From assembly GCA_951406725.2 (NCBI GenBank), contig OX597827.1, forward strand, positions 72,478,001-72,542,000: a DNA stretch of 64,000 nt, in the 5' to 3' direction. Positions 27,423 through 42,400 of the stretch are shown piece after piece. How positions within the stretch are numbered: position 1 is the first letter of the stretch; each line of letters begins with the position of its first letter. The notes under the pieces were generated by a model that saw only the letters and a list, made by a program, of their open reading frames with translations, did not search any database and was not told where the DNA came from. Origin of the DNA: Octopus vulgaris (Eukaryota). The translations under genes and the position numbers were made by a program.

Positions 27423-30400
27423 GCTTTCGGTGTGAATGGTTTTTGTATACGGAGCCGTTTTTACAATCCTGTAAATAATAACAATGGTATTTTTATATAA
27501 GCTTAAAGCTTATGGCGATCACCCTGCAATGACTAAGGAAAATAGTCAAATAAAGGGGCATATAAGCCCTCAGCAGAAAAAAGAAGGCTTTCCTATCCAC
27601 GTGGAAAGCCTTCTTTTTTCTGTCAAGGGCTTATATGCCCCTTTATTAGAATCATCATCATCATTGTTTAATGTCCGTTTTCCATGCTAGCATGGAAAAC
27701 GGACATCAAACAATGATGATAATGATGATTCTAATAAAGGGGCATATAAGCCCTTGACAGAAATATATACATATATATATCTGTGAATGTGTGTATCTAT
27801 TCATTTTATGTTCATTTCTTCCTGTGCTAACATGAATTAGGTCAATATATTATTGAAGTATTGTCTTACAGCTGGATGCCCTCCCTGTCGCTAACACCCT
27901 GGGGTTAATAAAGGATGTTAAACCAGGTGAAATACTACTTAAGTTCTGTACAGATAAAAATACACCAGGCTAACAAGAAAGTCTTGTGATCAATATTGTA
28001 CGCCAGGTATTCTGAAGTCGGAGTCCATCACCAGTCAAATTAGTAAATCCATGATTACGTTACCCAGTTAAGATGGTAGGATTTATTTTAGTGCTGTTGA
28101 CATCAGTGGATTCAATGGTACTGGTCAGGTGTCGAAACTATAATGATATCCGTGGGGCAGCTGATGATGGAGTTACGTTGGATTGTTGGTATGGTTGTCT
28201 TTGTATATGTGGAATAGTATTATAACACAACCTTTTGATATATGTATATACACATGTTAATAGTTACCTCCAGTATTCTTCAGCCTGCTGTGACATGGCC
28301 CGTTGGTACTTCTGTTGGTCAACATACAATGTCCAGTGGTAAAACACCTTTGGTAAAATGGTTACATAGAAGTGAGCTTTGGCTCTGCTGCGTTGAGCCT
28401 GCAAAGAACCACAAGCAAAAAGCCCTTCACTTCTTTATTTATTATATCAATCATGTGCTGGAGGACAACAATCAACTTTGTTAATTTTTTAAGGAATTTT
28501 ATGTCATATTTTGTGATCAATAGCATCATTGTTTATATATGTTTTTCATGGGTCAAATACTCGTTCACATATAGTAAAGAAGTTTTGCTTAAAATTTACC
28601 TGTCTGTTGCTGACAGGTAAATTTATATTTTTCACTGAAACACATGCATATGCACACAAATGCTGCTCCCTCCACACACACACAAGGCCTTCAAGAGAAG
28701 TTCGACCAGGTAAAAGAAAACCAGTTTTGGGCTTCAAGATGGTTTCAAAAGTCAGAGGTGCTGAGTATTTTTTTCAGGGAGAGCCACAATAGATATTCTT
28801 TTCTGCTCTAGGCACAAGGCTTGAAATGTTTGGGAAGGAGGCCAATCGATTAGATTGACCCCAGTATGCAACTGGTACTTAATTTATCAACTCTGAAAGC
28901 ATGAAAGGCAAAGTCGACCTCAGCAGAATTTGCACTCAAAACGTCAAGAGAGATGAAATACTGCTAAGCATTTCACCCAGCGTGACTACATACAAATATT
29001 GTACGGCCTCATACTTATAATATAGTGAGGTGAAAAGTTTTGAGTGAATAAGATTATCCTTCAATTAACAGATGAAAACTCCCTCAACCAGTGTTTGTAA
29101 TCACAGTTATGTCTTACCCTCCAAACACTATGCCCAATTCTTTCTTTGCAAGGTGGTGAACCCTTTGGAATTTGCTTGCTGATGTTTTTCTCAGAGGCAG
29201 CAAATTTGCAGAAGAATATAACCATCAATGTCACCAATCTTTAGGGGTCGATGAAAGCCATGAAGTACAGCCTCTTCTTCAACACCAAAACAATTAAAAC
29301 AAGCAAACAAAAAACCCTCACCAACATCAGGGCATATTGAACACAAGTATACGAGAATATTTGAATGCTGTGTTTCAGGTTCCAGTTGGAGATGTGACAT
29401 ACCTGACATTGAATTCTCCAGGCTGTATAATGGAACCAGGCATCAAAGAATTTCTGAAGAAGATGAAGTCTGTGGAACAACAAGAAAAAGAGAAAATTAT
29501 TATTTACATGCCCACGGGCATATGGCGTAGTGGTTAAGAGCAAGGGCTACTAACCCCAAGATTCTGAGTTCGATTCCAGGCAGTAACCTGAAGAAGAAGA
29601 GGAGGAGGACGATGACGATGATGATGATCTGTTGTGTCTGGGGAGAGTCATGTTCTTTTTGTGACTTATAATGTAATACACTCACCGGTAAAATTTCCAC
29701 TTATTTCTTATTTTTATTTTCTTAAAATTTTCGTTGCATCTTGCAATCTTTTCAAGACTAATCAAGACTACTGAAAAGGTTGCAAGACACAACGAAAATT
29801 TTAGGAAAATAAAAATAAGAAATAAGTAGAAATTTTACTGGTGAGTGTGTTACAAAAAGAAAATGATTCTCTCCAGACACAACAGAATATGCTTCAACAC
29901 AAGAACTCATATAAAGAATCTTGCAAACCAAATCCAAAAACGAAAAATAATAATATCAAAAAATACCTTAGGAATGAGAACCCAGATGTAAATATTGGTG
30001 ACAGATATAGCATGAAAACCAGTAAACTAGTGCTCATTGAACGAAGTCACTTGCAATATTTGTTCTGCCCAAGTTACACAGGCAACTCCTTGTTCTTGCC
30101 ATTGTAAACACAGTTGACTGATGACTGAAAACCCATAACCAAATGGCCCTTTCCTTCTTAGAATGCAATATCAAAATAAATAAACCAATTAATAAAAAAT
30201 ATCCGTGACAGAACCCTTCATTGTTGAATTGGAAAGTATAAGGAAAACCTTTGATAATTTGATAGTAAGGGAGTGTCCTGCCTTAGGATAAAGATCCTTC
30301 CAGAGCCATACAGACTCATAGGGCCGGCTTCATGGTTTCTTTGATGTATATTTTCACCCTGGACCGGACGCTGGTCTGTTGCTTACTTATTTTTGCCAGC

Positions 30401-33400
30401 TGAGTGGTCAGGAGCAATGTTTAATGAAGTATTTTGCTCAAGAACATAATGCATCACCCAGTCCAGGAATTGAAATCATAACCTTCTGATCATGAGTCCA
30501 ACACCTCTAACCACTATGTCACAAACCTCCATTAAGGGTTGTACTAGATTTCTGTTTATCTATAAAGTCACTTTCGTCTTATATTCTGTCATTCTTGTAG
30601 CTTGGAACTCCCTACTAGCCTGTGTTTCCCCAAGAGACATTAACACATTAACCTCCATGGCCTCTTATTCGAACTTACCAGCAACGCCATGTATTTTGTG
30701 TGGTCAAACTGCATACAGTTTGATGACAATCAAAGGTGTTCTTACGTGCTACCTGCACGGGAGCCAGTCCAGTGGCACTGGCAACGACCATGCTTGAATG
30801 TTGTTTTTCACGTGCCACTAGCATATAGTGCATAAGGTAGTTGTGTGAAGTCTGTAATGAACCACCAGTGGCATATGTGGTGGTTAATTGCAGAATAACT
30901 TAACCAAATGGAAGAGTGGATCAAGAGAGAGCAGGCTTTGTCAACTACCCTCAGTTATATAGGAACTCCTTATTTTGTGGTGAATCTTGATGTCCAAGGA
31001 AAAATACCTAAAAAACATATAAATGAATAAGAACAAAACGGAATAGATATGAATGTAAGAAATGATCTCACCGATAGAAACTTTGAGCTCTTTGTGTCAA
31101 GGGGATAAGTCGTTGGTCATACTTCAAGTCAAGTCTGTCGGACCAGCAGTTCCATGACATTTTCAGCAACTATAACAATAACAACAACAATAAAAATCCT
31201 TCCTGCTGTAGGCACAAAGCCTGAAATTTTGTGGGAGAGAGCTTGTTGACTACATTGGCCCCTGTGTTTATTTTTTTTTTATTTATGCACCCTTTTCAAG
31301 CCTAGCCAGGCTCATGAGCCCGGTTTCCATGGCATATATTTTCCTCCCAGCTGGACGGGACGTTAGTCCATCGCAGCATTACTCAAGAAACAGGAAGAAA
31401 GAGAGAAAGTTGGGGCGAAAGAGTACAACAGGGGTCACCACCACCCCCTGCCGGAACCTCATTGAGCTTTAGGTGTTTTTGCTCAATAAATGCACACAAC
31501 GCCCGGTCTGGGAATTGAAACCACGATCCTCTGACTGCAAGTCTGCTGCCCTAACCACTGGGCCATTGCGCCTCCACGACCTCTGTGCTTAACTGATATT
31601 TATTTCATTGACCCCAAAAGGATGAGAGGCAAAGTTAGCCTTGGCAGAATTTGAACTCAGAACATAAAGATGGATGAAACAGCACTAAGCATTTTGCCTG
31701 GCATGCTAACGATTCTGTTGGCTCATTGCCCGAATAATAATAATAATAATAATAATGAGGATTTCAAATTCTGGCACAGGGCCAGAAATTTTGGGGAAGG
31801 GGCTAAGTTGATTACACTGTCCTTAATGCTCGACTGGTACTTATTTAATCAACTCCCAAAAGGAAGAAAGACAAAGTTGACCTCGGTGGAATTTGAACTG
31901 AGAATGTAAAGATGGATGAAATGCCTCTGAGCATTTTGCCTGATGTGCTAACGTTTCTGCCAGCTCACTGCTCTCCTAATGATACAAACAATCCAGGCTA
32001 CTATAGGCACAAGGCCTGAAATTTGGGGGAGGGTCTAGTTGATCACATTGACCCCAGTACTCAACTGGTACTTATTTTACTGACCCTGGAAGGATGAAAG
32101 GTAAAGTTGACTTCAGCAGAATTTGAACTCAGGACATATAGTCAGAAGAAATGCCCAAATCATTTTGTCTGGCAGGCTAACAATGCTGCCAGCTCCCCAC
32201 TGATTCAAGAGCCCAGGACCCGAGATAGGGGTTAGTTGATTACTTTGACCCACAACTTGATTGGTATTTTATTTCATTGGACCTGGAGGATGAAGGACAA
32301 AGTTGACCGTGACAGGATTTGAACTCGGAATGTAAAGAGCTGGAACGAATACTGTAAGATGATGTTTCAAATGCACTCATCACCACCATTATCACCATCA
32401 TTATCATTTGATGTCTGTTTTCCATGCTGGCATGGGGTGCATGGTTTGATAGGAACTGACAAGGACAGAAGATGTACCAGGTACAATTGTCTGTCCTGGC
32501 ATGGTTTCTATGGCTGGATGCCCTTCCTAATGCCAACCACTTATTGAGTGTACTGGGTGGTTTTTATGTGGCACCAACACTGGCAGGGTCACCAAGTGTC
32601 TTGCAAGACAAAAACCCTTCAACTGGGTGGAGGGGAATAGCATTGAGTGGGGTGTGGCTTTGTGCCCGTTGAGAGATTTAAGGTACAGATTCTAATGGTT
32701 CTGTCAATCTGGTGCCCTCATAAAAGTCTCTTACATTGACCCAAGGTCTCAAGCATAGCAAAAAGAAGACAGTCAATATGAACTCCAGTACTTAACTTGG
32801 GCTGATGCAGACTGACACTTATTCTATAACCTTGGAAGGATGATAGGTAAAGTTGGTCCTCATTGAATTTGAACTCAAAAACCTACAGAGATCATCATTG
32901 TCGTCGTTTAATGTCTGCTTTCCATTCCGGCATGGGTTGGACAGTTTGACTGACTCAACCCATCATGGATGAATGTCACTACAAGTACAAGGAAGTACCT
33001 GTACATGATAATTTTTCTTTACTAGGGGAAGTGTTGGTGTATAGATAATTAACGCAATCCCCAATATATTACAGGTACTTCTACAATCAATTCTCAAATG
33101 AAAGAAGTATATAGTGAGCCATGGGAAGATTGGAACTCAGAACTATGAGGCACCAAAACAATTCGCTGATTTACATTTCTTTAACTGTCCCTTGACTCAA
33201 CAACAACAACGGTTTCAAAATTTGCCACAAGGGCAGCAACTTTGGGGGAGGGGAGATGAATCGATTACATCGACCCCAGTGTCCAACTGGTACTTATTTT
33301 ATCGATGCTGAAAGAATGAAAAGCAAAGTCGACCTCGGTGGAATTTGAACTCAGAACTTAGAGACAGGCAAAATACTGCTAAGCATTTCGTCCAGCATGC

Positions 33401-36400
33401 TAACGACTCTGCTACCTCACCACCTTACTTGATAATAACGATTTCAAATTTTTGCCACAACGGCAGCTTGGGGGAAGGGACTAAGTTAATTACATCAACC
33501 CCCCAGTGTTTAACTGGTACTTAATTTATTGACCACGAAAGGCAAATTTGACCTCGGCAGAATTTGAACTTAAAATGTAGCAATGGGTGAAATACTGCTA
33601 AGCCTTTTGTCCACTAAAGATTCTACCAGTTCACTGCCTTAACCCTTTAGCATTTAAACCGGCCATATCCGGCCAAAAATATTCTACCTGTTTTATGTTC
33701 AAACTAGCCCTATCTGGTCTCTCACACCAACCCTACAATATTGTTTAAAAAATTAACAGCTACCTCATCAAAATCTCATAGCTACAAGATAATGCATGAT
33801 TAATTCAAAACAATGTGGATGAAGAAGCATTAATTTTGGCAGAATAATGCGAACACTAAAGGGTTAAACAACAACAATAATAATCATATCTGACCAAAGC
33901 ACAAGGCCAGAAATTTGGAAGAAGTGGCCAGTCGATTACACTAACCCTGGTACCAGATCTTGTAGTTGATTTTAAAGAATCTCAGAAATCCTGAAATGGG
34001 TCACGGATGCTATTCTTCTTTTTGTAATAATCTAACATTCAGAGATAAACTCAAGAAGACATACCTGTCTTTTATGGATCCCCTTACACAAATTGCTCAA
34101 GGTCCGCAACCTTTTCTTCTGATTCCAGTTTAAATAAAAACCTGCCATTCCATATTTCTGTGGGATGAAAAAAAAAAAAGTAAAACCATTTCTCCTTTAT
34201 GACTTTTCAATGTGGTTTGTACAATTCTATCTCTCAGGGCCATTGTGGATTCAATGTAAATCAATATTTAGGATATATATATATATATATACACATATAT
34301 AAATGAACCAACTCTTACTTGCTTCCAGGCAAGGTAATAATTCCCCATGAAATGGCAAGTTTCCATATCATCATCATCATCGTTTAACGTCCGCTTTCCA
34401 TGCTGGCATGGGTTGGACGATTTGACTGAGGACAGGCGCCAATCTTGATTTGGCAGAGTTTCTACAGCTGGATGCCCTTCCTAACACCAACCACTCTGAG
34501 TGTGTTGGATGCTTTTACGTGCCACCAGCACGAGGGCCAGTCAGGCGGTACTGGCCATGCTCAAATGGTGATTTTTACATGCCACCTGCATAGGAGCCAG
34601 TCCAGCAGCACTGGCAACGACCTCGCTCGAATGTTTTTCACAGGCCACCGACACAAGTGCCAGTAAGGCAGTGCTGGTAACGATCATGGTCAAATGGTGC
34701 TTTTTACATGCCACCGGCATGGAAGCCAGTTAGCGCTCTGGCAGCGATCACACTCGGATGGTGCTCTTAGCGCTCCACTAGCATGGATGCTAGTCATCGA
34801 ATTTGATTTTGATTTCACTTGCCTCAAGAGGTCTTTGCAAGCAGAGTTTAGTGTCCAATGAAGGGAAGGTATGCATAAGTGGGTTGGTTACACCCCTGGC
34901 ATAGGCCAAAAATTAGAAAATGAATGGTACCACTTGTATGACAGTGGCACTCATTTACAACAATCACATGGTGTTGAGATGTGAAGGTACAAACACATAC
35001 ACCTGAGAGATCTGAACAGATACCGAAGACTAAACTATACTTGTAGGATGTTGGTCAACCTGTGGTTATAGTATAAGGCACTTGCACTAAGTGTTAGTCA
35101 GAGGATCCATTCAAGAACCACATGGTTTTGAAGTATACTTTTTAACCACACAGCCATACTGCCCACTAACAGAGTACATATTTCAAAGACATATCAAAAC
35201 TTTTAATAGCTCACCAGTAAACGTAATCTATAATAGTTCACAGCAACAAAAAATTGATTTCTCTTCTGTTTACACATTTCTATATCTGAAGAAACTAATT
35301 AAGGATTTATTTGTCTTTGTCAATACCAGTTCAATATACTTCATGCAGTAGTTTGTTTGGGACTGACCAGCCCCGGTTAATTGAATACTGAGAAGCCAAC
35401 AAGGGGATTAATACAGGAACACTTGAATTGTTAGAAATAGTCCAATCTCCCCCAAATCATACCCTAGTGTCTGAAAAAAAATGACATGCTGTATTGTGTG
35501 GTTCTGGTCACAGAGAAAATACAGGATGGTCATAGCTGGAATAATTTTGATCACAGCTTTGCAAAATCAGTTTTGATCTACATTTAAGCAACGTGAACAA
35601 CAACTAGAATATTAACAATCCAAGAGGGAGCATTGTCGTCAACAGTGGCCAAACTGGAACACACGAGCAACATGTAGCTTTCAAAACTATGCTACGTGTG
35701 GCTCCTGATTTCAATATTTGGCATCAGTGCTATTTTCTGTAGAACAGCTTTAACACCCACTACCAGTCAGATTTTAAAATATTAATAAACAAAATGCTAG
35801 CACAGAACACGGACATTAAATGGGGATGATGATGAAGACTCTATAGAAGTTTTCAATGAGCAGATAATAACCCTTTTGATGTCAACCTGCCTGAGAATGT
35901 CCCTGGTTCTATGGTATAAACTCTGTGTGAAGGCAATCTAAAATCAAGACCTCTACCCAACACTGCTGCTGCTGCCACTACTAACATGGATGCCATCATT
36001 TAGCATTCTCTTTTCCATGCTTGCATGAGTCAGACAGAATCAGCTGATGCAGATGTTCTATGGCCAGATGCCCTTCCTGTTGCCAACCCTCACCTGGGTT
36101 AAGGTAATATTTATTTCCTGTGACCAGACGTGATTTCCAAGGAAGACTGGAAATGGAAAACATTGCTTGTATGATAGAAATGCTTGCCTACAACTATCAC
36201 ACGATATCAAGACAAGGGTACACACACACACACACACACACACATGACAGCTTACATATATGATGGTCTTCTTTCAGCTTCTATTTACCAGCCACATCTA
36301 TACCTTAGTTGTCCATGATTAAAAGGATACAAATTCTCCAGTGAAGCCACATGGTCCGCAAGGAAGAACGGTGTCGTAAGCTTCTCAAGTAATCCTCGTT

Positions 36401-39400
36401 GGCCTTGAGAGCACGACAAGCCCATAGCTGATGGGTCCAAGCTTGAAAACTCTGGTAGCATATTTTCTCTTTGAAAAATCTATCTGCAACAGCTAAAAAC
36501 CAAAATATTAGAAGATATCATATCTCTTTTACTCTTCTGTAATTTGACTGTGGCCATGCTGGAGCACCGCATTTAGTCGAAGAAATTGACCCCAGGACTT
36601 ATGCTTTGCAAGCCTAGTACTTATTCTATCAGTTTCTTTTGCTGAACTGCTAAGTTTCAGGGACATTTACACACCAACATTGGTTGTCAATTGATGGTGG
36701 GAAGACAAACACATATACAACAACACATACATAAATATACATACATAAACACACACACACACACATATATATAAAGTTAATCCAAACAAGAAAGCACAAA
36801 AAAACACAACAACGCGAGGACGTGGAACAAATATAGTATTATTGGACGCTCAGGAAGGAAGGAAAGAAGGAGGGCTTAACGTTTCGAGCGGAGCTCTTCG
36901 TCGGAAACATAGGAGAAGGAAAGATCCCGAGAAGGGAAGACAGAGGAAAAAAAAATCGCCAACGGTACACAAGAGGTCATTATCATCATCGATGTTTAAT
37001 GTCCGTTTTCCATGCTGACATTGGTTGGACGGCTCGACTGGGGTCTGGGAAGCCAGGAAGTTGCACCAGGTTCCAGTCTGATCTGACAGTGTTTCTACAG
37101 CTTGATGCCCTTCCTAATCATCACAATGAATTCTGGCTAAATGAGAGAGCCCTTATATGGTTGCTTAGTGTGCTAGAAATAGCAACCAAATCACACATGA
37201 CTGTGTTAAAAAATGGACAAACTAGACTACAAGCTTTATTTAGTTCGTTGAGAGTTGCCTCTTAGGTACATCATATCAACAAGAATCAATAAACTCGAAA
37301 CATCGATGTCTGAGATCCCAGAGAGATGGCAACGCTGAACAAACTTGGTGTCTCCACACCTTTTTACTATAAGAGAAATTTCTTTCTCCATGGGGTTAAT
37401 AAATTAAGTACCCGTTGCATACTGGGGTCAATCTAATATTGGGCCTTTCTGCCTAGAGTAGAAAATAATATATATATATATATATATATATAGGTGCAGG
37501 TGTGACTGCGTGAAAAGAAGTTGGCTTCCCAACCACATGGTTCTGGGTTCAGTCCCACTGTGTGGCACCTTGGGCAAGTGTCTTCTACTATAGCCTCGGG
37601 CTGAACAAGGCCTTATGAGTGGATTTGGTAGATGGAAACTGAAAGAAGCCTGGTGTGTGCATGCAAGAGTGTGTATGTCGCTCCTCTACTACTGATAACT
37701 TAGCAGTTCAGTAAAAGAGACTGATAGAATAAGTACCAGGCTTAAAATAAATAAGTGCTGGGGGTTAGTCATTCGACTAAAATTTCTTCAAGGCAGTGCA
37801 CCAGCATGGCCAAAGTTTAATGACAAACAAGTAAAAGAAAAAGATATATATATATATAGGTGTAGGAGTGGCTGTGTGGTAAGTAGCTTGCTTACCAACC
37901 ATATGATTCCGGGTTCAGTCCCACTGCATGACACCTTGGGCAAGTGCCTTCCACTATAGCCTCGGGCCAACCAAAGCCTTGTGAGTGGATTTGGTAGATA
38001 GAAACTGAGAGAAACTGGTCATATATATATATATATATATAAATGCATATGGTTGTGTGTCTGTGTTTGTCCCCCACCATTGTTTGACATCTGATGTTGG
38101 TGTGTCTACGTCCCCGTAACTTAGCAGTTTGACAAAAGAGGCCGATAGAATAAGTACTAGTCTTACAAAGAATAAGTCCTGGGGGTCGATTTCTTTGATT
38201 AAAGGCAGTGCTCCAGCATGGCCACAGTCAAATGACTGAAACAAGTTAAAAAAATAAAAGTATATATATGAAAACGATTAATATTTTTAGAAATACCATC
38301 ATTGGTGCCTTTGAGCACAAAGCCGTACAGGCAAATTAATAAAATATGTATAAGATATTAAGACATATATGTGCGTATGTGTATATATATATATATGTGT
38401 GCACGATCAACATCAATGGAATTTGTAGTTTTGTGGTACCAGTGCCGGTGGCACATAAGAAAACCATCCGAACGTGGCCGTAGCCAGTACCGCGTCGACT
38501 GGCCTCCGTGCTGGTGGGACGTAACAAACACCATCCGATCGTGGCCGTGCCAGCCTCGCCTGGCCTCCGTGCCAGTGGCACGTAAAAAACACCATCCAAG
38601 CGTGGCCGTTCGCCAGCCTCGTCTGGCACCTGTGTTCGCTCAATAAACACTCACAACGCCTGGTCTGGGAATCCAGCCGTAAAACACTGCCAGATCCTGA
38701 CTGACCGCAAGTCCGCTGCCCTAGACCACTGGGCCATTGCGCCTCCATGTGCATATATATATACGATGATGTGTGCACATGCATGCACACACACGTCTGG
38801 GACTGTATTAATCAACACATCCTTCCTTTTTGGAGTGTGATTCGAGAGATATTTGGCATTATTTCTTAATGAGCCAAGCAAGCACATCCAGGTTCTCATT
38901 TTAAATCATACAGGGTACCCCAAAAGTAGGTTTACAGTTACCACATAGGCATTTTAAATTTCTTCTAAAACATTTTGTTACATTTAAATTTCTATCTTAC
39001 AAACTGAAAAAAGAGCTTGACAAAATTAACTAAATTAGCATAGAGTAATGCATTATTTATATTTGATGGATATTTGTCCTCATTTTGTTTGTTAACATCA
39101 GGTGTCTTGGGGGAAATTTCGAACCTGGATTCTCATGCCTAAGGTATTTTTCCGATGTTGTTGTTGTTATTATTATCATTATTATTGAGTGAGAGAGCAG
39201 TGCATAGCATCAAAGTGACACTGGGGTAAAATATACGAAGCACAGTATACCCATCATGACTACTCGTCTGATAAGGGTACACCAGGCACATGCATACAAC
39301 CGTATGTGCGTGACATGGTGATCTCATATCAAGATAAATAGCACATGACCTTGCAGGTGGGGCCCAGTTAGAATTTTCTTCTGGTCAAGTAACCCATTCC

Positions 39401-42400
39401 GCTCAAAAGGTCCCTGAATAAGGGTTGCTTAAGGATGTTGAACGAAACACCCATGTTTCCAGAGGTGAATTATTCAAACCCCAAAGAACCCTTCTCAACA
39501 CATGGCTATGATGTTCCCCCACTACTTCTGCTCGTGATCAGAGATGCACATATCATCAGCCACTAAGGGACATGATCAACTGGTTAAGGTCAAACAACTG
39601 ACAAGCAAATCTGTGGTATTGAGCAGAATATTTACTGTAGCCCATCTTTATTATTATTGTTATTCAAGTCACTGCCTGGAATTGAACTTAGAATCTCGGG
39701 GTTAGTAGCCTGCGCTCTTAACCACTATGCCATAATAATAACATCGAAAAATACCTTAGGAATGAGAACCCAGGTTTGAAATTTCCCTAAGACACCTGAT
39801 GAAGGCTGGTGGTATATCAGCCGAAACATTGTGTTAACAACAAACAAAATGAGGACAAATATCCGTCAATTGTAAATAATGTACATAATTCCTCATCTCT
39901 TAAATATAGAACCATAGAGTAATGGTTTCATATATTTTTTTTATAATTAAGATCTAAACTGTTAATAATGGCGGTGCCCCAGCATGGCCACAGCTCGTGA
40001 GCTGAAACTAGATAAAATAAAAAAATAGAAAAAATATGAATGCGAAAAAAAGAGATAGTTGAATAACTGTAAACCTACTTTTGGGCCACCCTGTATACTG
40101 TGATATTTCTCTTTTGCAAAATCATAAAATGGAAAATGAAATATTTGTAAGGCAGAAGTCATAAATACATTTCAGGTAGGTCTTCTCACGTCTCAGAGCA
40201 ATGTATGACATCCACTTGGTGTAAGTCAGTCGAAGAAGGAAGCAATGTCTGTGTTGCAAGGCTTTCTCAGAGAGCTGCATTTGTGCTTCTATGTCCTCAT
40301 TGGCTCGGCACCAGATCTTCCAAGCCTGCCGGAAGAGATTTTATAAACATTACACGTGCACGTGTGAGAGTGATTCAGACATATACACCCATAGACATAC
40401 ACGCAAACATACAAATATACACACACGTAGATACATGAATACAGACTCCCTTACGCATACTGACACTCTGCTGGTTATGATGACGAGTGTTCCAGTTGAT
40501 CGAATCAAAGAAAGCAGCCTGCTCATGAAATTAACGTGCAAGTGGCTGAGTACTCCACAGACATGTATACCCTTAACATAGTTCTCAGGGAGATTCGGCG
40601 TAACATGAAATGTGACAAAGCTGGCCCCTTTGATATACAGGTACAACTTATTTTCTTCAGTTGAGTGGACTGGAGCAATGTGAAATAAAGTGTCTTGCTT
40701 GAGGGTACAATGCACCACTGGAAATGGAACCCATGGCCTTGTGATTGAGAGCCGAATACCCTAAACACTAAGCCACACACCTTTCCCCCATGATCTCTTG
40801 CAGAGCAGGAAAGAAGCTCATCTTCCGAATCATCCCAACACCAGTGTGTCTGACCCCAATCCCAGTTAAATCTACATCATCATGACCACAATCTCCCACC
40901 CTCGTCCCTTCTACAAAAGATACGGTAAAAACAAAGGCTACACATACAGTCGCCAGGATGTGCGAGTGATACAGTGATGTGGCTATTCTCTCTTGCTCTT
41001 TCCGGATGGCTGCTGTGTCTATCTCTCGAAGCCACTGGGACCAACTTTGCCTGTAAACATAACAATATGTCAAAATTGCATACAACAATAACAACAATAA
41101 TAATAACGATGGACTCTCCCATCAAATACGACACATGAGTGTTCAGCTTTTAATAATAATAATAATAATAATGATCATCATAATTTAACGTCCGTTTTCC
41201 ATGCTAGCATTGGTTGGACGGTTTTGACTGGGGGCTGGCAACCAGATGGCTGCACCAGGCTCAAATCTTGATCTGGCAGAGTTTCTACAGCTGGATGCCC
41301 TTCCTAACGCCAACCACTCCTGCACGGCAACGAAGAAGAAGAAGAAGAAGAAGAAGAAGAAGAAGAAGAAGAAGAAGAAGAAGAAGAAGAAGAAGAGAAG
41401 GAGGAGGAGCACTCAGAGAGCACAAACCTCTGCCAAGGCAACATCAACATTGACACTGTCACACATGAAGAAGGTCTGTGTGAACAGCATCGTTTTCGTG
41501 GCACAAAATGATGCGGCACCATATCTTGTGTGATATTTTAGGAAGCTGTGCTTTGGTGACTGTTGCAAAGGCTGCCGAAACAGCACCCTTCAACTGATGG
41601 GTATTCTGGTTTCGCTCTTGTGAAACTCTCTCCTTCATAACAGAAAATTAAAAACACTGTTTACAGGTGGTGACACGACTTTTGGACCACCCTGTAGATT
41701 ATGTAGCAAAATAAGAGTTTCTGTATCTAAGTGCTGGTGGCACGTAAAAAGCACCCACTACACTCTCGGAGTGGTTGGCATTAGGAAGGGCATCCAGCTG
41801 TAGAAACTCTGCCAAATCAAGATTGGAACCTGGTGCAGCCATCTGGTTCGCCAGCCCTCAGTCAAAATTGTCCAACCCATGCTAGCATGGAAAGCAGACG
41901 TTAAACGATGATGATGATGATGAAGGGGGCAACCTATGAGTCTGACAACCACACTTGATGAATGCTGGATATATTCAACGTAGTCATCATCATCATCACC
42001 ATCAGGACTATTGTTATCCACAGGGTGGTGATGGTGGTGTGGTAGTGGTGATGCTAACTCATTGTGGGGACCTTTGTGGGGTAGAGTTTTAACCCTTCAG
42101 CATTTTATACAGGCCATATCTGGCCAAAAGCATTCTGCCTGTTTTATACTCAAACTGGCCAGATCTGGCCTCTCACACCAACCCTACAATATCATTCTAA
42201 AAATTAACAGCTACCTCATCAAAATCTCAAAGCCACAAGATAATGCATGATTAGTTCAAAACAATTTGGATGAAAAAGCATTAGAATGGTTGTATACTGT
42301 CAATCTAACACGAACGTGACAGTAGGGGGTTACACCACTGCTGTTTAGCCCTAGGAAGCATCGACGCCTCCTGATGGCTTCGACACATGTTTCCTGTGTA

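Noticed and set aside
29516-29590. tRNA gene
   Set aside because: A and B boxes are present but the acceptor stem does not pair, and the sequence recurs as the head of a dispersed element.
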